In this document: positions 1 through 7,384 of the stretch, piece after piece | Position numbering within the stretch: the stretch's first letter is position 1 | How the letters are laid out: each line of letters starts with the position of its first letter | Source: a virus | IMG/VR virus record: IMGVR_UViG_3300008267_000007 | Span: 47,095 to 111,094 of that record | Direction: 5' to 3' (one strand) | Length of the DNA: 64,000 nt | Made by a program: the position numbers and the translations under genes | The notes under the pieces: generated by a model | The model's input: the letters and a program-made list of their open reading frames with translations, nothing else | Told to the model about the DNA's origin: nothing | Databases searched by the model: none

Positions 1-42
1 AATTCGTATATTCAAGTATTAATAAGATAAAAACCAAAACAC

Positions 43-231
43 ATGACATTACAGGTAGTAAATCCAACATTAGAAAAGTTCAACCAATTCAGAACTACAA
101 CTAAAACATTGTTCCAAGATGTTAAGGAACGAGGGTGGAATATAAAAGATTGTAAAGTAACAGAATTAAAAGAGGAATTAATACATACCTTATACCGAAG
201 TGCAGATGGAAAAAACTGTGCCAGGAATTAA
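43..231 (+). CDS. Small early hypothetical protein
   Basis: ORF directly after promoter copy 1. Confidence 0.7.
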   Translation: MTLQVVNPTLEKFNQFRTTTKTLFQDVKERGWNIKDCKVTELKEELIHTLYRSADGKNCARN

Positions 232-279
232 CAACATAATTGTTTCATAACCAATTATTATTTTTTAATTATACTAGTG

Positions 280-310
280 AATGGTCCCTTAAGGGGACCA
301 TTTATGTTTT
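280..310 (+). terminator. Intrinsic terminator hairpin
   Basis: AATGGTCCC-TTAAG-GGGACCATT followed by TATGTTTT. Confidence 0.7.
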
Positions 311-387
311 AAAGAATGAATAGTTTATTATAATATAATTTCGTATATTTAAGTGTTAATAAGATAAATAATTAAAAAATAAAGGTC

Positions 388-666
388 ATGACAAAAGATC
401 AATTCACATCAAGAGAATCATTTAAAGTAAAAGGAGAAGGAAATTACAAAGGGGCTTGCACATTTAAGTTTAATGGAGATCACCTATGGAAAGAGACTAG
501 ATCTTCAATAGATGATTCAGTATTGTTTACTTCTTATCATTTAAACATAGACAAGATAACTAAAGTAGGCTTTGAAGGGTTTGTTTATGTAATGTCTAAG
601 TTAGTGAAAGTTAAATACAGATTTGAGGATTTAGTAGAATTTGAAATCGAGGAAGCGCTTAATTAA
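388..666 (+). CDS. Small early hypothetical protein
   Basis: ORF after promoter copy at 340; AAAGGTCATG start. Confidence 0.8.
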   Translation: MTKDQFTSRESFKVKGEGNYKGACTFKFNGDHLWKETRSSIDDSVLFTSYHLNIDKITKVGFEGFVYVMSKLVKVKYRFEDLVEFEIEEALN

Positions 667-721
667 AAGCGCTTTCGTATATTTAAGTGTTAATAAGATA
701 AATAATTAAAAAACAAAGGTT

Positions 722-988
722 ATGGAAATTAAATTAAATACTGAAGCAAAGGGAAATAGAATTAATAAATTTTACCTTGAGGCATTGGATAAAATAGCTA
801 GCGCTGCTGAAGATGGTTATGATTTAACTGAACATGTATTTCCAAAAGATATATATGATGAAGTGAGAACTAAAATAAATGAACATATGAAAGCATTTAA
901 TGTTGAATTTGTTTGGCCAAGTATAGGTAATATGAGTAGTGTTGCTGTGGGGGACGGTCGTTTAATGAGATTTAAACTATTAAGTTAG
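722..988 (+). CDS. Small early hypothetical protein
   Basis: ORF after promoter copy at 674. Confidence 0.8.
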   Translation: MEIKLNTEAKGNRINKFYLEALDKIASAAEDGYDLTEHVFPKDIYDEVRTKINEHMKAFNVEFVWPSIGNMSSVAVGDGRLMRFKLLS

Positions 989-1047
989 GGTATTTGAGAG
1001 TATAAATTAGTTTCGTATATTCAAGCATAATTAAATAAGTATATATC

Positions 1048-1230
1048 ATGGAAAGCAGATTTGGAATTGAATTAAAGGTATTGGAACAAGCCCTAGAAAA
1101 TATGAAGGTAGGAGGCTATTTAGGTAAGGATAGTACAATTGAGGATTTGGAGGACATGGCATATTCATGTTGTGAAGGAATAGATTGGTATGCCAAAAAG
1201 AAGTTATATCAATGGGCGAGTGAACTATAA
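1048..1230 (+). CDS. Small early hypothetical protein
   Basis: ORF after promoter copy at 1012. Confidence 0.75.
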   Translation: MESRFGIELKVLEQALENMKVGGYLGKDSTIEDLEDMAYSCCEGIDWYAKKKLYQWASEL

Positions 1231-1248
1231 TTTAAAAAATCAAAGGTT

Positions 1249-1401
1249 ATGAAAAATGAATTAGAATTATTATTAGAAAAATTAGAAGCAGTTGAACTTC
1301 AATTAGTTGAAAATAATATTATCCAAGATGAAGGTAGATTGAGTGATGCTTTAGGTGTTATCAAAAGTAAAATAATGGATAAAATAAATAAGGCATATTA
1401 G
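1249..1401 (+). CDS. 50-aa hypothetical protein (MKNELELLLEKLEAVE...), not in ORF track
   Basis: AAAGGTTATG leader; open frame to TAG; heptad-like Leu pattern. Confidence 0.7.
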   Translation: MKNELELLLEKLEAVELQLVENNIIQDEGRLSDALGVIKSKIMDKINKAY

Positions 1402-1452
1402 AGTATAAATACATTTCGTATATTCAAGTATAATAATAAAAAATAAAATGTT

Positions 1453-1539
1453 ATGAAAGCAATTAAGGTATTATCAGTTAAAGTTGGAATTGTATTGAGA
1501 GAAATGGCTAGTGGAGCAGGTACTGCTTTGAGATCATAA
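1453..1539 (+). CDS. 28-aa peptide (MKAIKVLSVKVGIVLREMASGAGTALRS), not in ORF track
   Basis: Sole ORF between promoter copies 1415 and 1546; GTTATG start. Confidence 0.6.
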   Translation: MKAIKVLSVKVGIVLREMASGAGTALRS

Positions 1540-1583
1540 AAACAGTTCGTATATTTAAGTGTAATAATTAAAAAACAAAGGTT

Positions 1584-1895
1584 ATGTTAAATACAACTTA
1601 TTTAGGTAGAGAAATCACAAGACGTGATAACGTGAAAGTAGAAGGTACATTCAGCTCAGTTCATGAAGCAGAAAAACGATTGAAGGGAATGGGTTATATA
1701 ATAGGAAGTATGTGTGGGGGTGATCCAATAGGGTTCGCATGTGAGGAAAAATATAACTACATCTCAAAGTGGCATAACATGAATAGAGAAGATCAAAACA
1801 AATTAGATGGGGTAATGATCTCTAGTAATTGGAGAGAAGGCAGTGTTGAAATAATATGGTTTATGGAACCAAAAACCGCAAAACAAGACATATAA
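1584..1895 (+). CDS. Early hypothetical phage protein
   Basis: ORF after promoter copy 1546; GY-x-x-GSM and KW-x-N motifs typical of a widespread small phage family. Confidence 0.8.
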   Translation: MLNTTYLGREITRRDNVKVEGTFSSVHEAEKRLKGMGYIIGSMCGGDPIGFACEEKYNYISKWHNMNREDQNKLDGVMISSNWREGSVEIIWFMEPKTAKQDI

Positions 1896-2026
1896 TATCA
1901 GCAACACGGGGGACGAGAAGAATAATACTACACACGTGGGGGAAAGATATCAAAAGGCATAACGTATTATAAATCAATTTCGTATATTCAAGTATAAGAA
2001 AGATAAATAATATAAAAACAAAGGTT

Positions 2027-2215
2027 ATGAAAACAGAAATGGGGTTAATCGACAAAGTAATTGTTATAGATGGAATGTTAAACAAATTGGGGTATGACAC
2101 TTCTAAAATGACGATGGATGAAATGCTGGATATAAAAAATGCTATAGAAAAGGCGGTGGTAAAGGCACAACTGCCTGTGAAGGGTTATGAACACCCATCT
2201 AAGGTATTAGTTTAA
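2027..2215 (+). CDS. Small early hypothetical protein
   Basis: ORF after promoter copy 1979. Confidence 0.75.
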   Translation: MKTEMGLIDKVIVIDGMLNKLGYDTSKMTMDEMLDIKNAIEKAVVKAQLPVKGYEHPSKVLV

Positions 2216-2228
2216 GTAATGTGGAGAG

Positions 2229-2268
2229 ACTTCCCCGCGGTGGAAACACTGTTGGGGAAGTTTTATTT
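2229..2268 (+). terminator. Intrinsic terminator with GAAA tetraloop
   Basis: ACTTCCCCGCGGTG-GAAA-CACTGTTGGGGAAGT then TTTATTT. Confidence 0.75.
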
Positions 2269-2452
2269 AAAATAATGTGGTATGTGGAGAACTGAGAGAC
2301 GTGATGTGGAACATGGGGGGCAGGGTATGCTTTTTCTTCCCTAGACACCCTAGTTCCCTCCCCTAAAACAAAAGTATATACTATTTAAACAAGGGAATGT
2401 GAGGATTAAGTTGCATTTCGTATATTTAAGTATAAATTAAAATAAAAAGGTT

Positions 2453-2614
2453 ATGAGAAAAGAAATAAAAAATTTGGCAGATGACTTATTTTTAAAAGGT
2501 AATAAAAGAAAGGCATTTATACTTGAATTTGAAAGTGCAGTGGTTTTAATGCGAGAAAATGATTTTGATCAATTCTATGCTTTCGCCGATATTATAATGC
2601 AAAAATATAATTAA
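2453..2614 (+). CDS. 53-aa early hypothetical protein (MRKEIKNLADDLF...), not in ORF track
   Basis: After promoter copy 2417; AAAGGTTATG. Confidence 0.72.
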   Translation: MRKEIKNLADDLFLKGNKRKAFILEFESAVVLMRENDFDQFYAFADIIMQKYN

Positions 2615-2626
2615 AATAAAAAGGTT

Positions 2627-2848
2627 ATGAGAATAATTAAATTGACAAGTCAGGACAAATCCCTAATTTACATTAATGTGGAACATATAGGGCATTTTTA
2701 TGAAGTAGCAGATAAAATGGAGTATGGAAGAGTTACAGAAGTAAAACATACCAGAGTGGGGGTAACAACTCACAACAACGGGGGTTTCAAAGTAACTGAA
2801 AGTGTATCCAAAATTCTTAAATTAATTAGTGAGAGTAAAGGAATTTGA
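2627..2848 (+). CDS. Small protein resembling the FlbD/SwrD-like family
   Basis: Pattern IKLT...IYIN.EHI...FKVTES.SKIL matches the FlbD-like motif layout. Confidence 0.6.
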   Translation: MRIIKLTSQDKSLIYINVEHIGHFYEVADKMEYGRVTEVKHTRVGVTTHNNGGFKVTESVSKILKLISESKGI

Positions 2849-2897
2849 TGTTATAAATCAGTTTCGTATATTCAAGTATAATTAAAAAGATAATATC

Positions 2898-3071
2898 ATG
2901 ACATTAGAACAAATGAATACCGAAAACAAATTGATGGAGGAAAAACACCTTGTAGTGAAGGAATTAATGAATTACCTACATGAAGCTCAATTTGATAGAA
3001 CTACCTTAACAAGTGTAATGTTGAGAGAGTTGAGACATAAAGTTAATGAAATGTTAAAAAACGATTTCTAA
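2898..3071 (+). CDS. 57-aa early hypothetical protein (MTLEQMNTENK...), not in ORF track
   Basis: After promoter copy 2863. Confidence 0.72.
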   Translation: MTLEQMNTENKLMEEKHLVVKELMNYLHEAQFDRTTLTSVMLRELRHKVNEMLKNDF

Positions 3072-3148
3072 AAAGGAATATGATTAGTAAAATCAGTTTC
3101 GTATATTTAAGTGTTAAAAAGAAATAATAATTATAAAAAATAAAGGTT

Positions 3149-3550
3149 ATGAACAGAATTGAAATTATTGCCCGTGTAAAAGAATTAGGTTTAACAACTG
3201 AAAAACCTGCTCAACAATGTAAAACTGCTTACTTGGAGGAATTGTTAAATGCAAGTCACAGCATTACAGTAAAAACATCTAAACGTGGAAGGCCAGCCAA
3301 CCCTGAAAGTGCTGCATTTAAACGTAAAGCGGATTTGGAAGCAAGACGCGCCGCGGGGGAATTGAAACGTGGTAGACCAGTTGAAACAACAAGTGAACGT
3401 CAAATCAGATTATCACTACAGGGAACATTACCATTAGGTAGAAAACCAAATCCTGAAAGTGCTGCATACAAACGTAAGGCTGAATTAGAGGCAAGACGTG
3501 CCGCTGGTACATTAAAGAGAGGTAGACCAGCTGCCCCTAAAGCAGAGTAA
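3149..3550 (+). CDS. AT-hook repeat DNA-binding protein
   Basis: Three KRGRP motifs plus LGRKP; internal duplication NPESAA(F/Y)KRKA(D/E)LEARRAAG.LKRGRP. Confidence 0.8.
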   Translation: MNRIEIIARVKELGLTTEKPAQQCKTAYLEELLNASHSITVKTSKRGRPANPESAAFKRKADLEARRAAGELKRGRPVETTSERQIRLSLQGTLPLGRKPNPESAAYKRKAELEARRAAGTLKRGRPAAPKAE

Positions 3551-3561
3551 TAATGTATAAT

Positions 3562-3590
3562 GGGGGGTTAATAGTTAGCCCCCCTTTAAC
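3562..3590 (+). terminator. Intrinsic terminator hairpin
   Basis: GGGGGGTTA-ATAGT-TAGCCCCCC-TTT after the AT-hook gene. Confidence 0.65.
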
Positions 3591-3605
3591 TTAACAATTA
3601 TTATA

Positions 3606-3839
3606 TTGGAGACCTCTACCGTATCAAACAGGAAATACGTTGACAATTATAAAAAACAGAAAAACACTCCACCACCACCCTCATCACCGCTTGTGGGATG
3701 CATTTACCAGGGAAAAACCACGTCAAATAACAAAGTAATAGGCATGTTAATGGAGTATGGCGAGGCCAATTCAATCATTAAAGATAAACATGGTAAATCG
3801 CATGTTATACTCTCCAACACACTATTAAGCATCCAATAA
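3606..3839 (+). CDS. Hypothetical protein (start uncertain)
   Basis: TTG-start ORF filling the gap before promoter copy 3863. Confidence 0.45.
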   Translation: METSTVSNRKYVDNYKKQKNTPPPPSSPLVGCIYQGKTTSNNKVIGMLMEYGEANSIIKDKHGKSHVILSNTLLSIQ

Positions 3840-3897
3840 GGAATTTGATGTTATAACTTAATTTCGTATATTTAAGTGTAATTAAAAAATAAATGTT

Positions 3898-3984
3898 ATG
3901 GAAGCAGTTTTATTATGGGGGTTAGTTATAGTGTTATGTTGGGTGAAATTTTTAGTATTTAAACATATAACAGATAAAAAATAA
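3898..3984 (+). CDS. 28-aa single-TM peptide (MEAVLLWGLVIVLCWVKFLVFKHITDKK)
   Basis: After promoter copy 3863; hydrophobic helix; not in ORF track. Confidence 0.6.
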   Translation: MEAVLLWGLVIVLCWVKFLVFKHITDKK

Positions 3985-3988
3985 TATC

Positions 3989-4084
3989 ATGAAAAAATTA
4001 TCATTACAGCAAACGGCCAACATATTAAAAGTATTAGTAATTATTATTTGGGTTTGGTTCATGTATTCCTTCATTACGTCATAA
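3989..4084 (+). CDS. 31-aa single-TM peptide (MKKLSLQQTANILKVLVIIIWVWFMYSFITS)
   Basis: TAATATCATG start like other early genes; hydrophobic helix; not in ORF track. Confidence 0.6.
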   Translation: MKKLSLQQTANILKVLVIIIWVWFMYSFITS

Positions 4085-4170
4085 AATAAATTTGGAGTAT
4101 TAAAAATAATTTCGTATATTTAAGTGTTAAAAAGAAATAATAATAATAATAATAATAAAAAATCAAGGTT

Positions 4171-4404
4171 ATGAAAAATTTTAAAATTAAATCGGTATTT
4201 GAACAAATTGCATCTGAAGTATTCACAATGCGTGATGTAAACAAGGCAAAATCATTCATTAATGAGTTTATAACAAGTAAAGGCATAAACGGCGTAGACA
4301 AACAAATAATTGTTAATAACGTTGCCAATTGCAAAAGCATATCAGCAATTCAAACTTACATTTGTAATTCATTGCTTAAATACGAAGGCATGAGTTTAAA
4401 TTAA
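4171..4404 (+). CDS. Small early hypothetical protein
   Basis: After promoter copy 4111. Confidence 0.8.
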   Translation: MKNFKIKSVFEQIASEVFTMRDVNKAKSFINEFITSKGINGVDKQIIVNNVANCKSISAIQTYICNSLLKYEGMSLN

Positions 4405-4433
4405 ATACCCGCCATACAAATTAGTATATGCCA

Positions 4434-4461
4434 GGGGACCTAGAAATAGGTCCCTTTTTTT
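4434..4461 (+). terminator. Intrinsic terminator closing the early cassette region
   Basis: GGGACCTA-GAAA-TAGGTCCC-TTTTTTT. Confidence 0.85.
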
Positions 4462-4686
4462 CTTCTCAAAACAATTTCGGTCCGGCATTGGATGCTAGCG
4501 GGACAGGACTGGATGCCCACGCAGCGTTGAGGTCCATCGGCGGTCGTGTGTGGTTCCGGAAAAAATTTCCCCACTCTTCAGATCGAAAACGATCTTTACA
4601 CCAAATCCCCATATATACGAATATATCAAAGTAAATGCAGTTCTCCCAATGGGGTACATACTTATACGAAACTTAAAAAACACAAA

Positions 4687-4917
4687 ATGAAACAGATGAA
4701 AGTCCTATTGATGGCAAATAAAACTTTATCTTTGATGATGGAAGATTTAGCCACACTATTAGAAGGAATGGATAACCTTGATTTAGTAACGGATCTTGAA
4801 GACAATGTCCTCTCCTCTTTAGAAGATGCTCAAGCACAACTTGACATGATAATTGATGATATAGATGAGGGCGCGTATGAAAGTATGCCAGATGAAGATT
4901 TCGAAGAGTGGAATTAA
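4687..4917 (+). CDS. Highly acidic small protein
   Basis: Likely start 4687 (A-rich leader), not the GTG at 4546; 21 D/E in 76 aa. Confidence 0.75.
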   Translation: MKQMKVLLMANKTLSLMMEDLATLLEGMDNLDLVTDLEDNVLSSLEDAQAQLDMIIDDIDEGAYESMPDEDFEEWN

Positions 4918-4964
4918 TATATTTTCCATAAATTCGTAAAAAAGAGATTTTAAAAAGATTTTTG

Positions 4965-5004
4965 GCCCTCCCCACATATATACTTGTGCGGAGGGCTTGG
5001 TTTT
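4965..5004 (+). terminator. Hairpin, probable terminator abutting the next promoter
   Basis: GCCCTCC-C-CACA / TGTG-C-GGAGGGC then TTGGTTTT. Confidence 0.5.
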
Positions 5005-5053
5005 CCAAAATATGCTTCGTATATTATATATTGATAATTTAAATAAAAATGTT

Positions 5054-5281
5054 ATGACACCAAAGGAAAAAGCTCAAGAGTTAGTTGATAAGTTTATGGA
5101 TATAAAAAATGTAAAGCTATCAGACTACTCAGTAATATACTTACCAACAGCTAAGCAGTGTGCATTAATAACAGTAAATTATATAATGTCATCAAACCCA
5201 CATAGTAATCTATTTGATACAGAAGGTAAATCAACTATATCTTATTGGATGTTAACTAAACAAGAAATACAGAACCTATGA
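5054..5281 (+). CDS. MTPKEKA-family hypothetical protein, copy 1
   Basis: Start reassigned to 5054 by paralogy; after promoter variant at 5016. Confidence 0.85.
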   Translation: MTPKEKAQELVDKFMDIKNVKLSDYSVIYLPTAKQCALITVNYIMSSNPHSNLFDTEGKSTISYWMLTKQEIQNL

Positions 5282-5514
5282 CACCAAAAGAAAAGGCAAG
5301 AGACTTAGTAGATACATTTTACTATTCACTTCCTAATAATGGAAGTACAGAAGGAATAAACAGTACTACAAGAAGGTATGCAGAAGCTAAACAATGTGCT
5401 TCAATATCAGTTGATGAGATAATTAATTGTGATACATTTTTTAAAACACTACAAGATAGTAAAGATTTTATATATTATTGGTATAAAGTACATCAAGAAA
5501 TAGAAAACCTATGA
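5278..5514 (+). CDS. MTPKEKA-family hypothetical protein, copy 2
   Basis: MTPKEKA...AKQCA..VDEI...YW..V.QEIENL; ATGA overlap. Confidence 0.85.
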   Translation: MTPKEKARDLVDTFYYSLPNNGSTEGINSTTRRYAEAKQCASISVDEIINCDTFFKTLQDSKDFIYYWYKVHQEIENL

Positions 5515-5741
5515 CACCAAAAGAAAAAGCATCTTATCTATTCCAGAAGTATCTTCCATACACCGATGGAAGTAATGTAGAAAGAATTAGATACAATACA
5601 TTAGTTTGTGCATTGATAGTGGTAGATGAAATATTAGAGGAGTTAGAACCCCTATTAGATGCAGACGAACGAGCAAATGCAGCTACATTTTATTCATGGG
5701 AGTTTTGGAAAGAAGTTAAAGAAGAACTACACAAGATATGA
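5511..5741 (+). CDS. MTPKEKA-family hypothetical protein, copy 3
   Basis: MTPKEKA...CALIVVDEI...FWKEVKEE; ATGA overlap. Confidence 0.85.
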   Translation: MTPKEKASYLFQKYLPYTDGSNVERIRYNTLVCALIVVDEILEELEPLLDADERANAATFYSWEFWKEVKEELHKI

Positions 5742-5959
5742 AAACAATCATTCACGTAAACCAGCATGTAATAAAAGCTAATAAGAAGAATGGGGTAGAA
5801 AATCCTGTTCTTACTGTTAAGACTTATAAAAGCAATACTTACGCACATGAAGTTGATATCAAAGGCGATAGTAAGATAATATATAGCCCCGATAAGCCTC
5901 TAAGTTGTGGAGCACATGTTTGGATTGAAACACATAACGAAGTAGTGATAGTAAAATGA
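5738..5959 (+). CDS. Conserved phage hypothetical protein
   Basis: IHVNQH.I...P.LTVK...YSPDKPLSCGA.VWIET motif set. Confidence 0.85.
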   Translation: MKTIIHVNQHVIKANKKNGVENPVLTVKTYKSNTYAHEVDIKGDSKIIYSPDKPLSCGAHVWIETHNEVVIVK

Positions 5960-6144
5960 GAAAGTTATACTATAGGCTAGTTAGGTTAATAGGATACACC
6001 TTCCTGTTAGAAGATAGATACAACCCCGAAACATTTGAACTAGATAAAAAGTACTCTAGCTTATCACTTTACAAGTTCATAGGAAACTACAAGCACGACG
6101 GCAGTTTAAGAATGATTCGTATTTGGCAAATTAAAATAAAATAA
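5956..6144 (+). CDS. Hypothetical protein
   Basis: ATGA-coupled ORF in operon. Confidence 0.65.
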   Translation: MRKLYYRLVRLIGYTFLLEDRYNPETFELDKKYSSLSLYKFIGNYKHDGSLRMIRIWQIKIK

Positions 6145-6147
6145 GTT

Positions 6148-6789
6148 ATGAAAAAGGTTTTGTTAGTAGGGTTATTATTTTCATTAGCGGCATGTTCGTT
6201 AGACCCCTTTTCTCCCAACGTTTGCCTAGATGGCTCATGTGATGCAGCTTTTCTTGTTGACACAAATATTAATCCAGGCTCTTATCTGGATAATAAAAAT
6301 GTATGGCATATAAAACGCTCAAAACAAAATTACTTTACTGTAAAAGGAATCGCAGATAAGCTCTCACCAGAATATGTAGTAAACGGAGTACCGTTAATTG
6401 AGACGGGGTATGACTCGGATTTCTTTTTTACTCCCACAAATATTCAATGGACTTATCCTGTGTATTCCTTTTTAGGTTTATTCTCAAATAATACCTTAAC
6501 TACTGCTATTCCTTATGGTTATATAACTATAACATTGCCACAAATATTAGGAACAACTTCTGTTACTAATTTAGTGGGATATGAAATGAATTCGCATACA
6601 ACATTCGATAAACCATACTCTCCCACGTTACTTTCAACGTATAGTAAGTATAACTACTCCCCTCAACATAATATGATATTTTTACCTAGTTTCGTTGGTA
6701 AATCCGCTGAAATTCATATTCGAGTAGTTTGGGGAGAAGGTAGAAGTGAAACTAAATTTTATAAATTGAAAATAATTTTTGAAAATTAA
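6148..6789 (+). CDS. Lipoprotein
   Basis: Signal peptide MKKVLLVGLLFS with lipobox LAA|C. Confidence 0.8.
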   Translation: MKKVLLVGLLFSLAACSLDPFSPNVCLDGSCDAAFLVDTNINPGSYLDNKNVWHIKRSKQNYFTVKGIADKLSPEYVVNGVPLIETGYDSDFFFTPTNIQWTYPVYSFLGLFSNNTLTTAIPYGYITITLPQILGTTSVTNLVGYEMNSHTTFDKPYSPTLLSTYSKYNYSPQHNMIFLPSFVGKSAEIHIRVVWGEGRSETKFYKLKIIFEN

Positions 6790-6842
6790 GTATATATGTA
6801 CGCAAGGCGTGGTGCAGATGGGTGCAATTAAATTAGATAAAT

Positions 6843-7031
6843 ATGGATTACATTATTAATTACCTTATTATAGGGTACTTTATTTCATTAGGTTTCCACT
6901 TAATGATATACTTTTCACCGGTGCCAGAAAAATTTACTGCTAAAGATGCCCTTAGTACAATGGTTCTTTGGCCTTTAGTTACTTATGGATTTATAAAAGA
7001 ATTAATTAAAAGACATTATGATGGAGAATGA
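6843..7031 (+). CDS. Small two-TM membrane protein
   Basis: YLIIG... and ...LWP hydrophobic segments. Confidence 0.75.
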   Translation: MDYIINYLIIGYFISLGFHLMIYFSPVPEKFTAKDALSTMVLWPLVTYGFIKELIKRHYDGE

Positions 7032-7272
7032 TTTAGAAAAACAACTTATTCCTTATTTGGAACCTATAATTAATCAAACATTAGATATGATTGAGGGAAT
7101 GTTTAATGAAGGAAATTTTGATGAAGGAGAAATAAATGAATTGCTTTATCAACTACAAGATGATTTTGGTGAATATATTAATATGCTATCACCGCAAATT
7201 CGTGGTAGAATCTCAAAGATACACGATAAACTATTAAATTTGGATAATATATATGACTCAAAAGATTTATAG
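7018..7272 (+). CDS. Acidic hypothetical protein
   Basis: Overlaps upstream stop; acidic helical composition. Confidence 0.7.
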   Translation: MMENDLEKQLIPYLEPIINQTLDMIEGMFNEGNFDEGEINELLYQLQDDFGEYINMLSPQIRGRISKIHDKLLNLDNIYDSKDL

Positions 7273-7384
7273 CGTAATATGCGACTCTCTAATAATTCAA
7301 AAACTTATGACAAGAAGCTTGGCTTTTAGAGAAATGGGTTGTATAATTGAGGAGGGGAAAAGGTAAAACAAAAATGATAGAAAA

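Larger units (their letters stand above)
3..4125 (+). repeat. Dispersed early-promoter cassette repeat TTCGTATATT(T/C)AAG(T/C), 12 copies
   Basis: Copies start at 3, 340, 674, 1012, 1415, 1546, 1979, 2417, 2863, 3098, 3863 and 4111 (variant at 5016). Each lies about 20-45 nt before an ATG, often in AAAGGTTATG context. Several have TTTG 19-20 nt upstream of TATATT. Confidence 0.93.

Noticed and set aside
229-280. Minus-strand early-type leader (AGTATAATTAAAAAATAATAATTGGTTATG)
   Set aside because: Leads only to a 6-codon ORF and has no promoter core; probably chance or a relic.
3-4125. CRISPR-like array
   Set aside because: Repeats are degenerate and irregularly spaced (130-770 nt), are separated by ORFs, and have promoter geometry; no cas genes.
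4136-4158. (AAT)n microsatellite in a 5' leader
   Set aside because: Simple slippage expansion of an A-rich leader; no evidence of function.
4428-4686. ORFs 4428-4634, 4495-4683 and the 5' extension of 4546-4917
   Set aside because: They cross a terminator and a GC-rich island with atypical codon use; a better start exists at 4687.
4974-6799. 12-bp inverted pair ACATATATACTT / AAGTATATATGT as invertible-segment or transposon ends
   Set aside because: Low-complexity AT sequence likely by chance; no recombinase or transposase nearby.
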